Positions 18,776 through 28,418 of a stretch of DNA of 64,000 bases are shown piece by piece. Under the pieces are notes generated by a model. That model had not been told where the DNA came from. It was given only the letters and a program-made list of their open reading frames with translations, and did not search any database. Made by a program: the position numbers and the translations under genes. The DNA comes from Polyangiales bacterium. Lineage in GTDB: Bacteria > Myxococcota_A > Polyangia > Polyangiales > Ga0077539. The DNA lies in the NCBI GenBank assembly GCA_044229975.1, contig JBGARZ010000005.1, positions 416,001 to 480,000 on the forward strand, read 5' to 3'. Each line of letters starts with the position of its first letter. The stretch's first letter is position 1.

Positions 18776-21045
18776 GCGCGAAGCCGGGCTGCCGGGTGTA
18801 CTTCGTCCCGCACGAGGGCGGGCTCGTGAGCGGGACCCTCATCGGGATGCTCGGGCCCTTCGAGGAGCCGCCGAGCGCCATCGGGCGCAGCGGCGACGAG
18901 GTGCTCAAGCAGTTGGAGGTGCTGCTCCAGCGGGCCATCGCGCACAACCCGGGGGTGCTCGACCGGTACCTGTGGGACGTCCCGTTTGCGACGCGCGAGG
19001 TGACCGTCGACGTGCACCCGCAGGTCGCCAAGGAGAAGCGCATCGTCATCGGGGCGGGCGAGATTCCACTGCGGCTCACCTACGCCTGGAGCGCCCTCAA
19101 GCGCGGCGGGTATCGCGTGATGCTGCCGCGCTTCGGGTGGTCGTTCGTGGTGGAGCGGCTGGAGATCGCCCCGGAGGTGTTGCGCCACGCGGTGAGCACG
19201 GTGCTACTCGGGCAGAGCCCCGGCGCGCTGATGACCTTTCAGCGCCACGGTGACGAGTGGGTGAGCGAGTGGACCCCGAGGGTCATCGACCCCGACCTCG
19301 ACGAGGAGTCTGGAGCAGCGCTCGCGAGGGAGTTTCCGACGGTGACCGCCGTGGCCGACGAGTGGGTCGAGCGGGTGGCGCGCCGACGGTTGACGATGCC
19401 CGTGGGCGACGACCCCACGCTGGCCCAGCTCGCCGCGATCACGTCACGACAGCCGATGCCCTCGGTGCTGCTGGTGGGTCCGACGGGCGTGGGCAAGACC
19501 ACGCTGGTGCGTCGGCTCGCGCGGCACCTCCTCATCGAGCGGCGGGCGCACCCCGACCGGCACGTCGCGCGGCTCTGGTCGACCTCGGCCACGCGGCTCA
19601 TCGCAGGCATGACCTACGTGGGCATGTGGCAGGAGCGCTGCCTCTCCCTCGTCAAGGAACTCTCCCACGAAGGCGACCTCCTCTTCGTCGACCGGCTCGT
19701 GCCGCTGCTCCAACCGCAGCCCGACGGCGGGTCCATCGGCGAGGTGCTGCTACCCGCCGCGCGCGAGGGTCTCATCTCCGTCGTAGCGGAGTGCACCCGC
19801 GCCGAGCTGGAGGCGTGTCGTCGTCGCTTCGGCGGAGCGCTGGAGGTCTTCCAGGTGGTGCACGTCGAGGAGCCCGAGGCCGCGGCGATGCTGCGCTTCG
19901 TCCCGGTGTACGCGCAGCGCAAGCTGCCCACCTACGCGCTCCCGCCCTCGTCGGTGCGGAGGCTCACCACGCACCTCGCCGCGCTCCAACGCGACGCGGC
20001 GTTTCCGGGCAAGGCGGTGCGCTTCCTCGACTGGATCGCCGCCGCCCACGACCCGACGGACACCTCCGCGCACACGCTGTCGCCGCGGGACGTGTCGTCG
20101 CGCTTCGCGAAGTTCTCGGGCATCCCCGAGGAGCTCATCGCCGACGAGCACGCCGTCACACCCGAAGGGCTCGCTGCAACACTGCAACGCTCCGTCATCG
20201 GACAGGACCCGGCGTGTCAGTCGGCCGCCCGCGTGCTCGCTCGCTTGAAGGCGGGGCTCAACGACCCCGAGCGACCAGTGGGGACGCTGCTCTTCCTGGG
20301 GCCGACGGGTGTGGGCAAGACCGAGCTCGCGCGGGCGATGGCGACGTACCTCTTCGGCGACCCGGCGCGGATGATCCGTCTCGACATGAGCGAGTACATG
20401 TTCGCGGGGTCGGGGCAGCGCATGCTGGCGGTGGGACAGGGCTCGCAGAGCCTCGCGACGAAGGTGCGCGAGCGACCATTGTCGTTGGTGCTCTTCGACG
20501 AGATCGAGAAGGCCCACCCGGAGGTCTTCGACCTGTTGTTGGGCATGCTCGGCGAGGGACGCCTCACGGACTCCTTCGGGACGAGCGTCGACTGCCGGAT
20601 GACGGTGGTGGTGATGACGTCCAACCTCGGGGTGAGCGAGTCGCGCGCGGTGGGCTTCGGCGATGCGGGCGGCGGCGACAGCGCGATGCGCGCGGCGCGG
20701 CGACACTTCCGACCGGAGTTCTTCAACCGGCTCGACCAGGTGATCGGGTTCAACACGCTGACGCCGGGGGACGTGCTTCGCATCGTCGACCTGGAGCTGA
20801 CTCGCGCCGAGGGTCGCGCGGGCCTCCAGCGGCGGCGCGTGAAGCTGTCGGTCGATGCGGCGGCGCGCGAAGAGCTCGCGCGGCTGGGCTGGCATCCGAC
20901 GCGGGGCGCGCGACCGTTGCAGCGGGTGATCGAGGAGCGGGTGATCGCCCCGGTGGCGGCCCACCTCGCGGCCAATCCGGGGTTGCACGACACGGTGCTC
21001 CAGGTGGACGCCCGCGGCGTGGTGACGGGACGAGGTGACGCGTGA
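18772..21045 (+). CDS. ClpA/B-like double-AAA+ ATPase 3 (no C-terminal extension)
   Basis: GTG start overlaps the upstream TGA (GTGA) and follows gaggagg. D1 GPTGVGKT / FVDRL. D2 GPTGVGKT, FDEIEKAH, VGF loop, FRPEFFNRLD and GARPL. Confidence 0.85.
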   Translation: MSAKPGCRVYFVPHEGGLVSGTLIGMLGPFEEPPSAIGRSGDEVLKQLEVLLQRAIAHNPGVLDRYLWDVPFATREVTVDVHPQVAKEKRIVIGAGEIPLRLTYAWSALKRGGYRVMLPRFGWSFVVERLEIAPEVLRHAVSTVLLGQSPGALMTFQRHGDEWVSEWTPRVIDPDLDEESGAALAREFPTVTAVADEWVERVARRRLTMPVGDDPTLAQLAAITSRQPMPSVLLVGPTGVGKTTLVRRLARHLLIERRAHPDRHVARLWSTSATRLIAGMTYVGMWQERCLSLVKELSHEGDLLFVDRLVPLLQPQPDGGSIGEVLLPAAREGLISVVAECTRAELEACRRRFGGALEVFQVVHVEEPEAAAMLRFVPVYAQRKLPTYALPPSSVRRLTTHLAALQRDAAFPGKAVRFLDWIAAAHDPTDTSAHTLSPRDVSSRFAKFSGIPEELIADEHAVTPEGLAATLQRSVIGQDPACQSAARVLARLKAGLNDPERPVGTLLFLGPTGVGKTELARAMATYLFGDPARMIRLDMSEYMFAGSGQRMLAVGQGSQSLATKVRERPLSLVLFDEIEKAHPEVFDLLLGMLGEGRLTDSFGTSVDCRMTVVVMTSNLGVSESRAVGFGDAGGGDSAMRAARRHFRPEFFNRLDQVIGFNTLTPGDVLRIVDLELTRAEGRAGLQRRRVKLSVDAAAREELARLGWHPTRGARPLQRVIEERVIAPVAAHLAANPGLHDTVLQVDARGVVTGRGDA

Positions 21046-23297
21046 AGCGGTGGGTAGCGGCGCTGCTGGTGTTTCTCACGGGCGGCGCGGCGCTCATCTA
21101 CGAGCTGGCGTGGACGCGCTGGCTCACGCTGACGCTGGGCGCGAGCGCGCGGAGCCTCGCGGTGGTGACCGCGAGCACGATGCTGGGCTTCGGCGTGGGC
21201 GCGGGGTTGCTCGGCGCGCGCATCGACCGGACGTCGCGTCCGCTGCGGATGTACGGGCTGCTGGAGATTGCCATCGGCGTGAGCGCGGCGATGGTGACGG
21301 CGGTGCTGCGGGCGGCCCCGATGGCGCACTGGAGCGCCGACCTGCCGCACTGGGCCGTCGCGCTGGTGGTGCTGGTGCTGGTGGGGATTCCGACGGCGTT
21401 CATGGGGGTGACCATCCCGGCGCTGGTGGCGCACCTCGGGCGCGGTGACGCCGCCACCACCCGCGGCGCCTTCGGAACGCTCTACGCCGCCAACACCGCC
21501 GGCGCCGTACTGGGAACGCTCGCCGCCGGCTTCGTTCTCATCGAGGCGCTCGGCTACACGGGTGCCTCGGCCATCGGCATCGGGCTCAACCTGCTGGTGG
21601 GCGCCGTCGCGGTCGCGAGCGATCGCGGGGATGCACCCGCCGCGACGACCGAAGCGCCCGTCGAAGAGGAGTCACCCGCGGCGGCCTACGACCCGAAGGT
21701 GGCGCGGGCGGCGTTGATGGCGGCGACCGTGTCGGGCTTCGGCGTGATGGCCCACGAGGTCATCTCGTCGCGGCTGCTGGTCTACGGGTTCTTCGCGACG
21801 ACGCACGCCATCGCCATCATCCTGGCGGTGTTTCTCGGCGGCCTCTCGCTGGGCGCGCGCATCATCGCGGGGCCGATGCGCCGCGGCACCGTCGGCGTGG
21901 TGCACCTGGGCGGAGCGCTGCTGGCATCGGGTGCGTTGTCGCTCGCGCTGGCGCCGTCGCTCACGCAGACCGCCGCGCTGGTCGACGCCCTCCGCGGGAC
22001 GCGCCCCGAGTGGTCGGTGCGGCTGGGCATCGAGGCGCTGGTGGCGTCGGCCGTGCTGCTGCCCGCTGCGGTGGTGATGGGGCTGGTGTTTCCGCTGGCG
22101 GCGGGCCTCTACGCGAGCGCGAAGAGCCCGGGCGCGACGCTGGGGCGCGCGGTGCTGAGCAACACCATGGCGGGCGTGGTCGGGGCGCTGGGCGCGGGCT
22201 TCGTGCTGGTTCCGTTGTTTGGCGTGCGCGGCTCCATCGTGGCGGTGGCGCTGGTGCAGGCCGCGTCGGGCGCGTGGATCGTCGCCACCCACGCGACGGT
22301 GAAGCGGGTCGCGGCGATGGGTGTCGGCGTGGCGATCGCGGTCGCGGTGGGCGGCGCGCTGTGGGCGCAGAAGCCACGCACGGGCGGCGTCCCGGGCGAG
22401 ACGACGCTGGTGGCGCAGCACGTCGTGGGTCACGAAGAGGACTACCGGGTGCGCTGCTACCGGGAGGGACCGACGGCCATCACGGAGGTGCTGGAGCACA
22501 TGCCATCGGGGCGGCGCGACGTGGTCATCGACGGCTTCGTGGCAGCGGGCAACGACGGCAGCGCTGGGTACATGGACCTGATGGGACGCGTCCCGATGAC
22601 GCTGCACCCGGCTCCGCGAAGGGCGCTGGTGATCTGCTTCGGGACGGGCGCGACGTCGCGGGCGGTGGCGTCGTTCCCGGAGGCATCGGTCGACATCGTG
22701 GACATCAACCCCGACGTGTTCGCGTGCGCGCCGTCGTTTCCGGCCAACGTCGCGCTGCTGCGGCGGGCGCACACGCACGTCGAGGACGGTCGGGCCTTCC
22801 TGCGGCGCTCGTCGGGCGCCCGCTACGACGTCATCACGCAGGAGCCGATGCCGCCGCACTTCGCGGGCGTCGCGGCGCTCTATTCGGAGGAGTACTACCG
22901 CCTCGCGCGGGCCCGCCTCGCCGACGACGGGGTGATGGTGCAGTGGCTGCCGATGCACCTGACGGCGCCCGACGACGCGCGCCAGATCGCAGCGGCAGCG
23001 CTCAGGGTGTTTCCCGAGACGTGGCTGGCCATCGCGCCGGGGGATTTCACCGGGCTGCTGGTGTCGTCGCCGCGGCCGATCCCAGCCGCGCGGCGGGCCG
23101 TGGTGGAGGCCGAGCTCAGGACGGCCTTCGCGCTCGACCCGGCGCACCTGCGGCGCTTCATCGACGGCGCGGGGCCCACGACGGACGACCGGCCGTCGCT
23201 CGAATACAACGGCGTCGACCGCGTGCTCGATCGGTTCAGGAGCCCGGCGCGGATGCTCCGGTACAACCTCCGTCGGGTGGTGGCGGCGGGGCGGTAG
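21042..23297 (+). CDS. Fused multi-TM / spermidine-synthase-like (SAM/dcSAM-dependent) protein
   Basis: Many TM helices (GAALIYELAW, LYAANTAG), then ALVICFGTGAT, VDINP, EDGRAFL, YDVITQEP, LYSEEYY and QWLP. Confidence 0.85.
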   Translation: MKRWVAALLVFLTGGAALIYELAWTRWLTLTLGASARSLAVVTASTMLGFGVGAGLLGARIDRTSRPLRMYGLLEIAIGVSAAMVTAVLRAAPMAHWSADLPHWAVALVVLVLVGIPTAFMGVTIPALVAHLGRGDAATTRGAFGTLYAANTAGAVLGTLAAGFVLIEALGYTGASAIGIGLNLLVGAVAVASDRGDAPAATTEAPVEEESPAAAYDPKVARAALMAATVSGFGVMAHEVISSRLLVYGFFATTHAIAIILAVFLGGLSLGARIIAGPMRRGTVGVVHLGGALLASGALSLALAPSLTQTAALVDALRGTRPEWSVRLGIEALVASAVLLPAAVVMGLVFPLAAGLYASAKSPGATLGRAVLSNTMAGVVGALGAGFVLVPLFGVRGSIVAVALVQAASGAWIVATHATVKRVAAMGVGVAIAVAVGGALWAQKPRTGGVPGETTLVAQHVVGHEEDYRVRCYREGPTAITEVLEHMPSGRRDVVIDGFVAAGNDGSAGYMDLMGRVPMTLHPAPRRALVICFGTGATSRAVASFPEASVDIVDINPDVFACAPSFPANVALLRRAHTHVEDGRAFLRRSSGARYDVITQEPMPPHFAGVAALYSEEYYRLARARLADDGVMVQWLPMHLTAPDDARQIAAAALRVFPETWLAIAPGDFTGLLVSSPRPIPAARRAVVEAELRTAFALDPAHLRRFIDGAGPTTDDRPSLEYNGVDRVLDRFRSPARMLRYNLRRVVAAGR

Positions 23298-23384
23298 AGC
23301 GGCGCGGAATCAAACCCCCACGAAAGGGGTGTCCCCAAAGATTCCGGTGCTCCGTACGAGCGTGTTAGCGTCGCGCGGCCCGCG

Positions 23385-26300
23385 ATGGACCCTGCCGCCT
23401 ACGCCTGCTACGAGCGCCTCAACAAGAACCCTGATGACGCGGAGGCGCTGTCATTCCTGTGGGAGTACCACGGGCAGCGCGCCGAGTTTCAGCAGCTCGC
23501 GACGCTGGTCGAACAGACCGCCGGACGACGCCCCGACCCGCGCTCGTCGGCCGACCTCTATTTCCGTGCGGCAGAGCTCTGGTCCAAGAACGTCGGGCGC
23601 GCCGATCGCGCCGTCGCCAACTACACCCGCTCGTTCGAGCGTGACCCGGCGCAGCTCGGGGCCATCGAGGCCGCGCGGCAGATCTACCTCCAGCTCGGAA
23701 ACCTGAAGCTCGCGGCACAACTGCTGGAGAAGCAGCTCACCGCCACGGGCGACCCCCTCGTTCGCGTGATGCTGCTGCGAGAGGGCGCCGAGCTCCACGG
23801 CCGCCTCGGCGCCACCGACACGCAGATCGCGTGGCTCGAAGAGGTGCGCGCGGCGCAGCCTGACGACTGGGAGGTGCTCCGCGAGCTCGCGGGCGCCTAC
23901 CTCACGCGGGCCCAGTCGCCCAACGCCCAGCCCAACGACACCACCACGGGCGCGGGCCTGCTCTCGTCGCTCGCGACGAGCGTGGGCGGCGAGCACGGCC
24001 TGGCCTTCGCCGAAGCCGCGCTCGATGCGTGGCCGGGCGACGAGGCGGCCTTCGCGCTCGTCTACGACGCCTATGGCGCCCAGGAGCGGCTCGACGAGCT
24101 CGCGGTGCGGCAGATCGCGTTCGTGCAGGCCAACCCGACGAGCCCGTACACGCCCGTGATGCGCAAGGCGCTAGCCGACGCCTACCTCGAAGTGGGGCAG
24201 GTCGACGACGCCATCGCGGCGCTCGAACCGCTCGCCGCCAGCGACCCCGAGGTGCGGCGCACGCTGCTCGGCCTCTACCGTGATGCGGGCCGCGCGGCGG
24301 ACTTCGCGCGCGTGGCGGCGGACTTCGCGGCGGACGGCGACGTCGCCCAGCAGGTGCGCGACCTGAAGGATCTCGCCGAGATCCAGGGGCGGTCGGGCGA
24401 TCGGGCCGGGATGCTCGACACCATGCGGCGGGTGCTCGGGCTCGACGCGGCCGACCTCGAAGCGCTGGCGCTGGTGGAGGACGACCTCCGCGCGCGCGGC
24501 GACTACTCGACGCTGCGGGACGTCCTGGCCGAGGCCGTGCGGAGCGAGCAGTGCCCGCCCGACATGCGCATCCCGCGGCTGCGGGAGATCGCCCAGGTGT
24601 CGCTGGAGCGCCTCGACGACGCGCAGGCGGCCCTCGACGCGTGGCGCGAGATTCTCGACAGCGTCGGCGAAGACCCCGAGGCCCTCGCGGGTATGGACCA
24701 GGTGCTCTCCCAGCAAGATCGCTGGGAGGAGCTCACCCCCGTGCTCACGCAGCGCGCCGACGTGCTCGAAGACGGGGACATCCGCAACGCCGTGCTGCGA
24801 CGCCTCGCCGACCTGCACCGCGACCGCACGGGCGACCGCGCGGCCGAGGCGGCGGCGCTGGCGCAGCTGTGGCGGGCGGTTCCGCACGACGACGACGTGG
24901 CGGGGCGCCTCGTGGCGCTGCGGCGCGCGAGCGGCAACCTGGCGGGCGTGGTGGAGGTGCTGCGCGCGCGGGCCGAGCGCTCGCCGCCGACGGCCGCGGG
25001 TGAGCGCTGGGCGGAGCTGGGTCAGGCGCTCGAAGCGCAGGGTGATCTGCACGGCGCGGTGGGCGCGTGGCGCGAGGTGTCCATGCGCGACCCGGTGCAC
25101 CCGCGGGCGTGGGACGAGACCGAGCGCTTGCTGCGCGCGACGAGCCAGCACGCGGTGCTCTACACCTCGCTGGTCGAGCGGGCCGAGGCGCTGCACCCGG
25201 GCCCGGAGCGGGCGGCGATTCACGCGCGGGCTTCGGACGCGGCGCGGGCGATGGGCGACCCCGGCACGGCGCTGGCCGAGGCCGAGCGGGCGCTGGAGAT
25301 GGACCCGTCGAGCGACGCGCTCGCCAACGCGCTCATGGACTCGCTGGAGGTGCTGGGCGAGCGCGAGCGGCTGCTGGCCTTCGTGCGGACGCGCTCCGAG
25401 GGCCTGGCGGATGGTCCGGCGCGGGTGGAGCTCACGCGGCGCGCGGCGCGGGCCGTCGGGCAGACCGACCCGGCGGGCGCGGCGGCCGTCTGGGAGCAGG
25501 TGCGGGAAGGCGCGCGGCGCGCGGGCCGACGCGACGACGGCGAGGCGCTCGATGCGCTGCTGGGGCTCGCCGAGCTGGCAGGCGACGACGAGCGCGTGGT
25601 GGCGCTGCTGGGCGACGCGGCCGCGGCGGCAGAGGACGCGGAGTCGCGACGCGGACTGCGGATGCGTCGGGCGCGGATGCTCGCCGAGGAGCTCGGCCGG
25701 GTGGACGAGGGCCTCGACGTGCTGGAGACGGCGGCGCGCGAGGGCGACGACGGGGCGCTGGACACCTGGGAGGCGCTGGAGGCGCTGGCGGCCTCGCACG
25801 GGCGCTGGGAGCGGGCCTTCTTGGCGCTCGAAGCGCAGGTCACGCAGACCCAGGACGACGACGACCGCATCGAGCGCGCGGCGCGGCTGGTGTCGCTGGT
25901 GGAGAGCGAACCGTCGCTCTCGCATCGCACGCTCGACGCGCTGCGGGTGCAGCACAAGGCCGACCCTGGCGACCTCGGGCTGGCGCAGAGGCTGGCGGAC
26001 CTGTGCGAGGCCAACGGCGAGTGGGCCGAGGCCGTGGGGTTGCTCGAAGAGCTCGCGGAGATGGAGGGCGACGACGAGGAGCTCTCGACGTTGGTGCAGC
26101 GCATCGCGCACCTCGCGGACGAGCACCTCGACGACTACGAGCGCGCGTGGCGCATCCTGCTGCCGCAGGTGCAGGGCGGCGACATCGGCTGCCTCGACCT
26201 GATCATCGGCCTGAGCACGCGGCGCGGATTGCACGCGCAGGTGGTTCCGGTGCTTACCGACCTCGCGCTGCGGGTCAACGACGGCGAGGCGCGGGCCTCA

Positions 26301-28346
26301 CTGTGGCGCGAGATCGGCGCGCGGAAGGCGACGTACCTCAACGACCCGGCGGGCGCCGTGGAGGCCGAGTGCGAGGCCATCATCTCGCAGCCGACGGTGA
26401 CCGAGGGGCTGGCGCGCATCGACGCCCTCGCGGCCGCGTCGGGCAACCCGGCGTCGGTGGCGGCGGCCTATCGCGCGGCGCTCGAAGCGTGTGAAGACGC
26501 GACGGCGGCGCACGACTTCGCCATGCGGGGCCTGCGCTCCATCGAGGCGGCGGGCGGTGCGGCGGAGGCGTTGGAGTTCTCCCTCGCGGCGCTCGCGCGG
26601 ATGCCGGCGGACGACGAGCTGCTCGACGCGGTGATTCGACTCGCGCCCGGCAGCGACCGCGACCAGGAGCTGTACGTGGCCCTCGACCGCCGCAAGCGCG
26701 CGGCGCAGGGGGACGGCGAGCGGCTGGGCGTGACGCTGCGCGGGGCCGAGGTGGCCGGCGCGGTGGTGGGCGATCAGGACACGGCGTTCCAGTACCTGGA
26801 GCAGGCGCTGGCGCTGGCGGTGGGTCGCAAGGAGCCAGACGAGACGCGGCTGGCCGAGGTCGAGGCGACCGCGCGCCGGGTCGACGCCGCGCGACCCGAG
26901 GTGGGGATGATCGCCGCGCTGGTGGAGCGCCTCGCGTCCCGCGGCGACGAGCTGGGCGAGAGCGAGCCGCGCGGTGGCGTGGTGCTGCTGCGCCGGGCCG
27001 CGGCGCTGTGCGAGGAGGAGCTCGGTCTCCCGGAGCAGGCGATGGCGCTCTACTCGCGCGCGGTGCGGCTGTGGCCGGGCGACGCGGAGTGTCCGCCCAA
27101 GCTGGAGGAGATCGCCGCCAACCTGCGCCGCCTCGGAGATGTCATCGCGCTGTACGACGGCGTCATCGACACGGCCTACGACGCCGCGACGGCGCGGGCG
27201 TTCACGGCGCGGCGGGCCTCCCTCCTGGGTGAACGCATGGGCCGCGTGGACGAGGCCATCGAGACCTACCAGCGGCTGGTGGAGATCGCGCCGAAGGACG
27301 TCGCGGTGCTGCGGTCGTTTCAGGAGCTGCTCGAGCGCAACGCGCGCTGGCAGCCACTGCTGGTTGCGCTGGAGCGCGAGCTGGAGCTGGGCGGCGACCG
27401 CGGGGCGATCTATCGCCGCATGGCGGGCGTCTGGGAGCTGCGCCTCCGCAACACCTTCGAGGCGAAGGACCTCTGGAAGCGCGTCCTCAAGCTGAGCCCC
27501 GATGACGCCGAGGCGCTCGCCGCGCTGGAGCGTCTGGAGCGCAAGCCCGCCGAGGTGATCGAGGACGACGAGGCCGTGGAGTCGGTCGACGACGACGTGC
27601 TCGACGAAGAGCCCGCGGTCGACGACGAGCCCACGAGCATCGGTGAGGTTCCCGCCTCGGAGGAGCCCGCGTCGGAGCCTCCGGCCGCGTCCACGCCGCC
27701 GCCGCCACCGCCCGAGGAAGACCCGCGCGCGGCGCTCTTCGGCGACCCACTCTCCGACCTCCCCGAGACGCCCCATCAGACCTCCGGGTCGGGCGCTCCC
27801 TCGGCCGACCTCGCCGCCCTCCTCACAGGCGGAACGCCCTCCGACCAGCGCCCGAGCCCCCTCGCCCGGCCGTCCATCGAGGAGGGCGTCGCGGCCCACG
27901 CCGAGTCATCGGGGCACGACCCGCGCGCGGCCTTCTTCGATCACGAGGAGTCGCACCCCGAGAGCCTGATGCCCGAGACGTCGTTCGACGGACCGGAGCC
28001 CGGCGTGGTGCTCGCGCCCGACGACCACCTCGACGACCTCTCGCTCGGCGACGAGCCACCGCCGCTGCGGCCCTCCGTCCCGCCGCCGCCGCTGCCCCGC
28101 TGGTCGGCGCCCATCGCGACGGTGCCCCCTCCCCCGGCCCCCGCCGCGGCATTGGAAGCCCTCGAAGCCGCCGACCACGAGGAATCCCTGGAGGCCGACT
28201 TCGTCGACGAAGACGAAGAGCCCGGCGACGAGACCCTCTCGCTCGACGACCTCGCCGACCTCGTCCCCGCGCCGCCGACCCAACCGCCGCCGCGCCCCAC
28301 CGCCGCGCCCGCGCCGCCGCCGTTTCCGCCGCGCCGCAACGGCTGA
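23385..28346 (+). CDS. Large TPR-repeat protein (AgmK-like architecture) with acidic/Pro-rich tail
   Basis: 1653 aa of repeated TPR-like helical units (A...W..VL..DP....AL..L..L); low-complexity C-terminus. Confidence 0.8.
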   Translation: MDPAAYACYERLNKNPDDAEALSFLWEYHGQRAEFQQLATLVEQTAGRRPDPRSSADLYFRAAELWSKNVGRADRAVANYTRSFERDPAQLGAIEAARQIYLQLGNLKLAAQLLEKQLTATGDPLVRVMLLREGAELHGRLGATDTQIAWLEEVRAAQPDDWEVLRELAGAYLTRAQSPNAQPNDTTTGAGLLSSLATSVGGEHGLAFAEAALDAWPGDEAAFALVYDAYGAQERLDELAVRQIAFVQANPTSPYTPVMRKALADAYLEVGQVDDAIAALEPLAASDPEVRRTLLGLYRDAGRAADFARVAADFAADGDVAQQVRDLKDLAEIQGRSGDRAGMLDTMRRVLGLDAADLEALALVEDDLRARGDYSTLRDVLAEAVRSEQCPPDMRIPRLREIAQVSLERLDDAQAALDAWREILDSVGEDPEALAGMDQVLSQQDRWEELTPVLTQRADVLEDGDIRNAVLRRLADLHRDRTGDRAAEAAALAQLWRAVPHDDDVAGRLVALRRASGNLAGVVEVLRARAERSPPTAAGERWAELGQALEAQGDLHGAVGAWREVSMRDPVHPRAWDETERLLRATSQHAVLYTSLVERAEALHPGPERAAIHARASDAARAMGDPGTALAEAERALEMDPSSDALANALMDSLEVLGERERLLAFVRTRSEGLADGPARVELTRRAARAVGQTDPAGAAAVWEQVREGARRAGRRDDGEALDALLGLAELAGDDERVVALLGDAAAAAEDAESRRGLRMRRARMLAEELGRVDEGLDVLETAAREGDDGALDTWEALEALAASHGRWERAFLALEAQVTQTQDDDDRIERAARLVSLVESEPSLSHRTLDALRVQHKADPGDLGLAQRLADLCEANGEWAEAVGLLEELAEMEGDDEELSTLVQRIAHLADEHLDDYERAWRILLPQVQGGDIGCLDLIIGLSTRRGLHAQVVPVLTDLALRVNDGEARASLWREIGARKATYLNDPAGAVEAECEAIISQPTVTEGLARIDALAAASGNPASVAAAYRAALEACEDATAAHDFAMRGLRSIEAAGGAAEALEFSLAALARMPADDELLDAVIRLAPGSDRDQELYVALDRRKRAAQGDGERLGVTLRGAEVAGAVVGDQDTAFQYLEQALALAVGRKEPDETRLAEVEATARRVDAARPEVGMIAALVERLASRGDELGESEPRGGVVLLRRAAALCEEELGLPEQAMALYSRAVRLWPGDAECPPKLEEIAANLRRLGDVIALYDGVIDTAYDAATARAFTARRASLLGERMGRVDEAIETYQRLVEIAPKDVAVLRSFQELLERNARWQPLLVALERELELGGDRGAIYRRMAGVWELRLRNTFEAKDLWKRVLKLSPDDAEALAALERLERKPAEVIEDDEAVESVDDDVLDEEPAVDDEPTSIGEVPASEEPASEPPAASTPPPPPPEEDPRAALFGDPLSDLPETPHQTSGSGAPSADLAALLTGGTPSDQRPSPLARPSIEEGVAAHAESSGHDPRAAFFDHEESHPESLMPETSFDGPEPGVVLAPDDHLDDLSLGDEPPPLRPSVPPPPLPRWSAPIATVPPPPAPAAALEALEAADHEESLEADFVDEDEEPGDETLSLDDLADLVPAPPTQPPPRPTAAPAPPPFPPRRNG

Positions 28347-28418
28347 CCGCCCCACCGCTCCAATCCGTCGCCACGAACCGCCCTCCGGCGCGCGGGTTCG
28401 TGTATCCATCAACGACCT

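Noticed and set aside
11935..21045. ATPases as ClpV/TssH or housekeeping ClpB/ClpC
   Set aside because: No Clp N-domain, degenerate D1 and no GYVG loop; they are more than 20 kb from the vgrG locus and have no sheath genes nearby.
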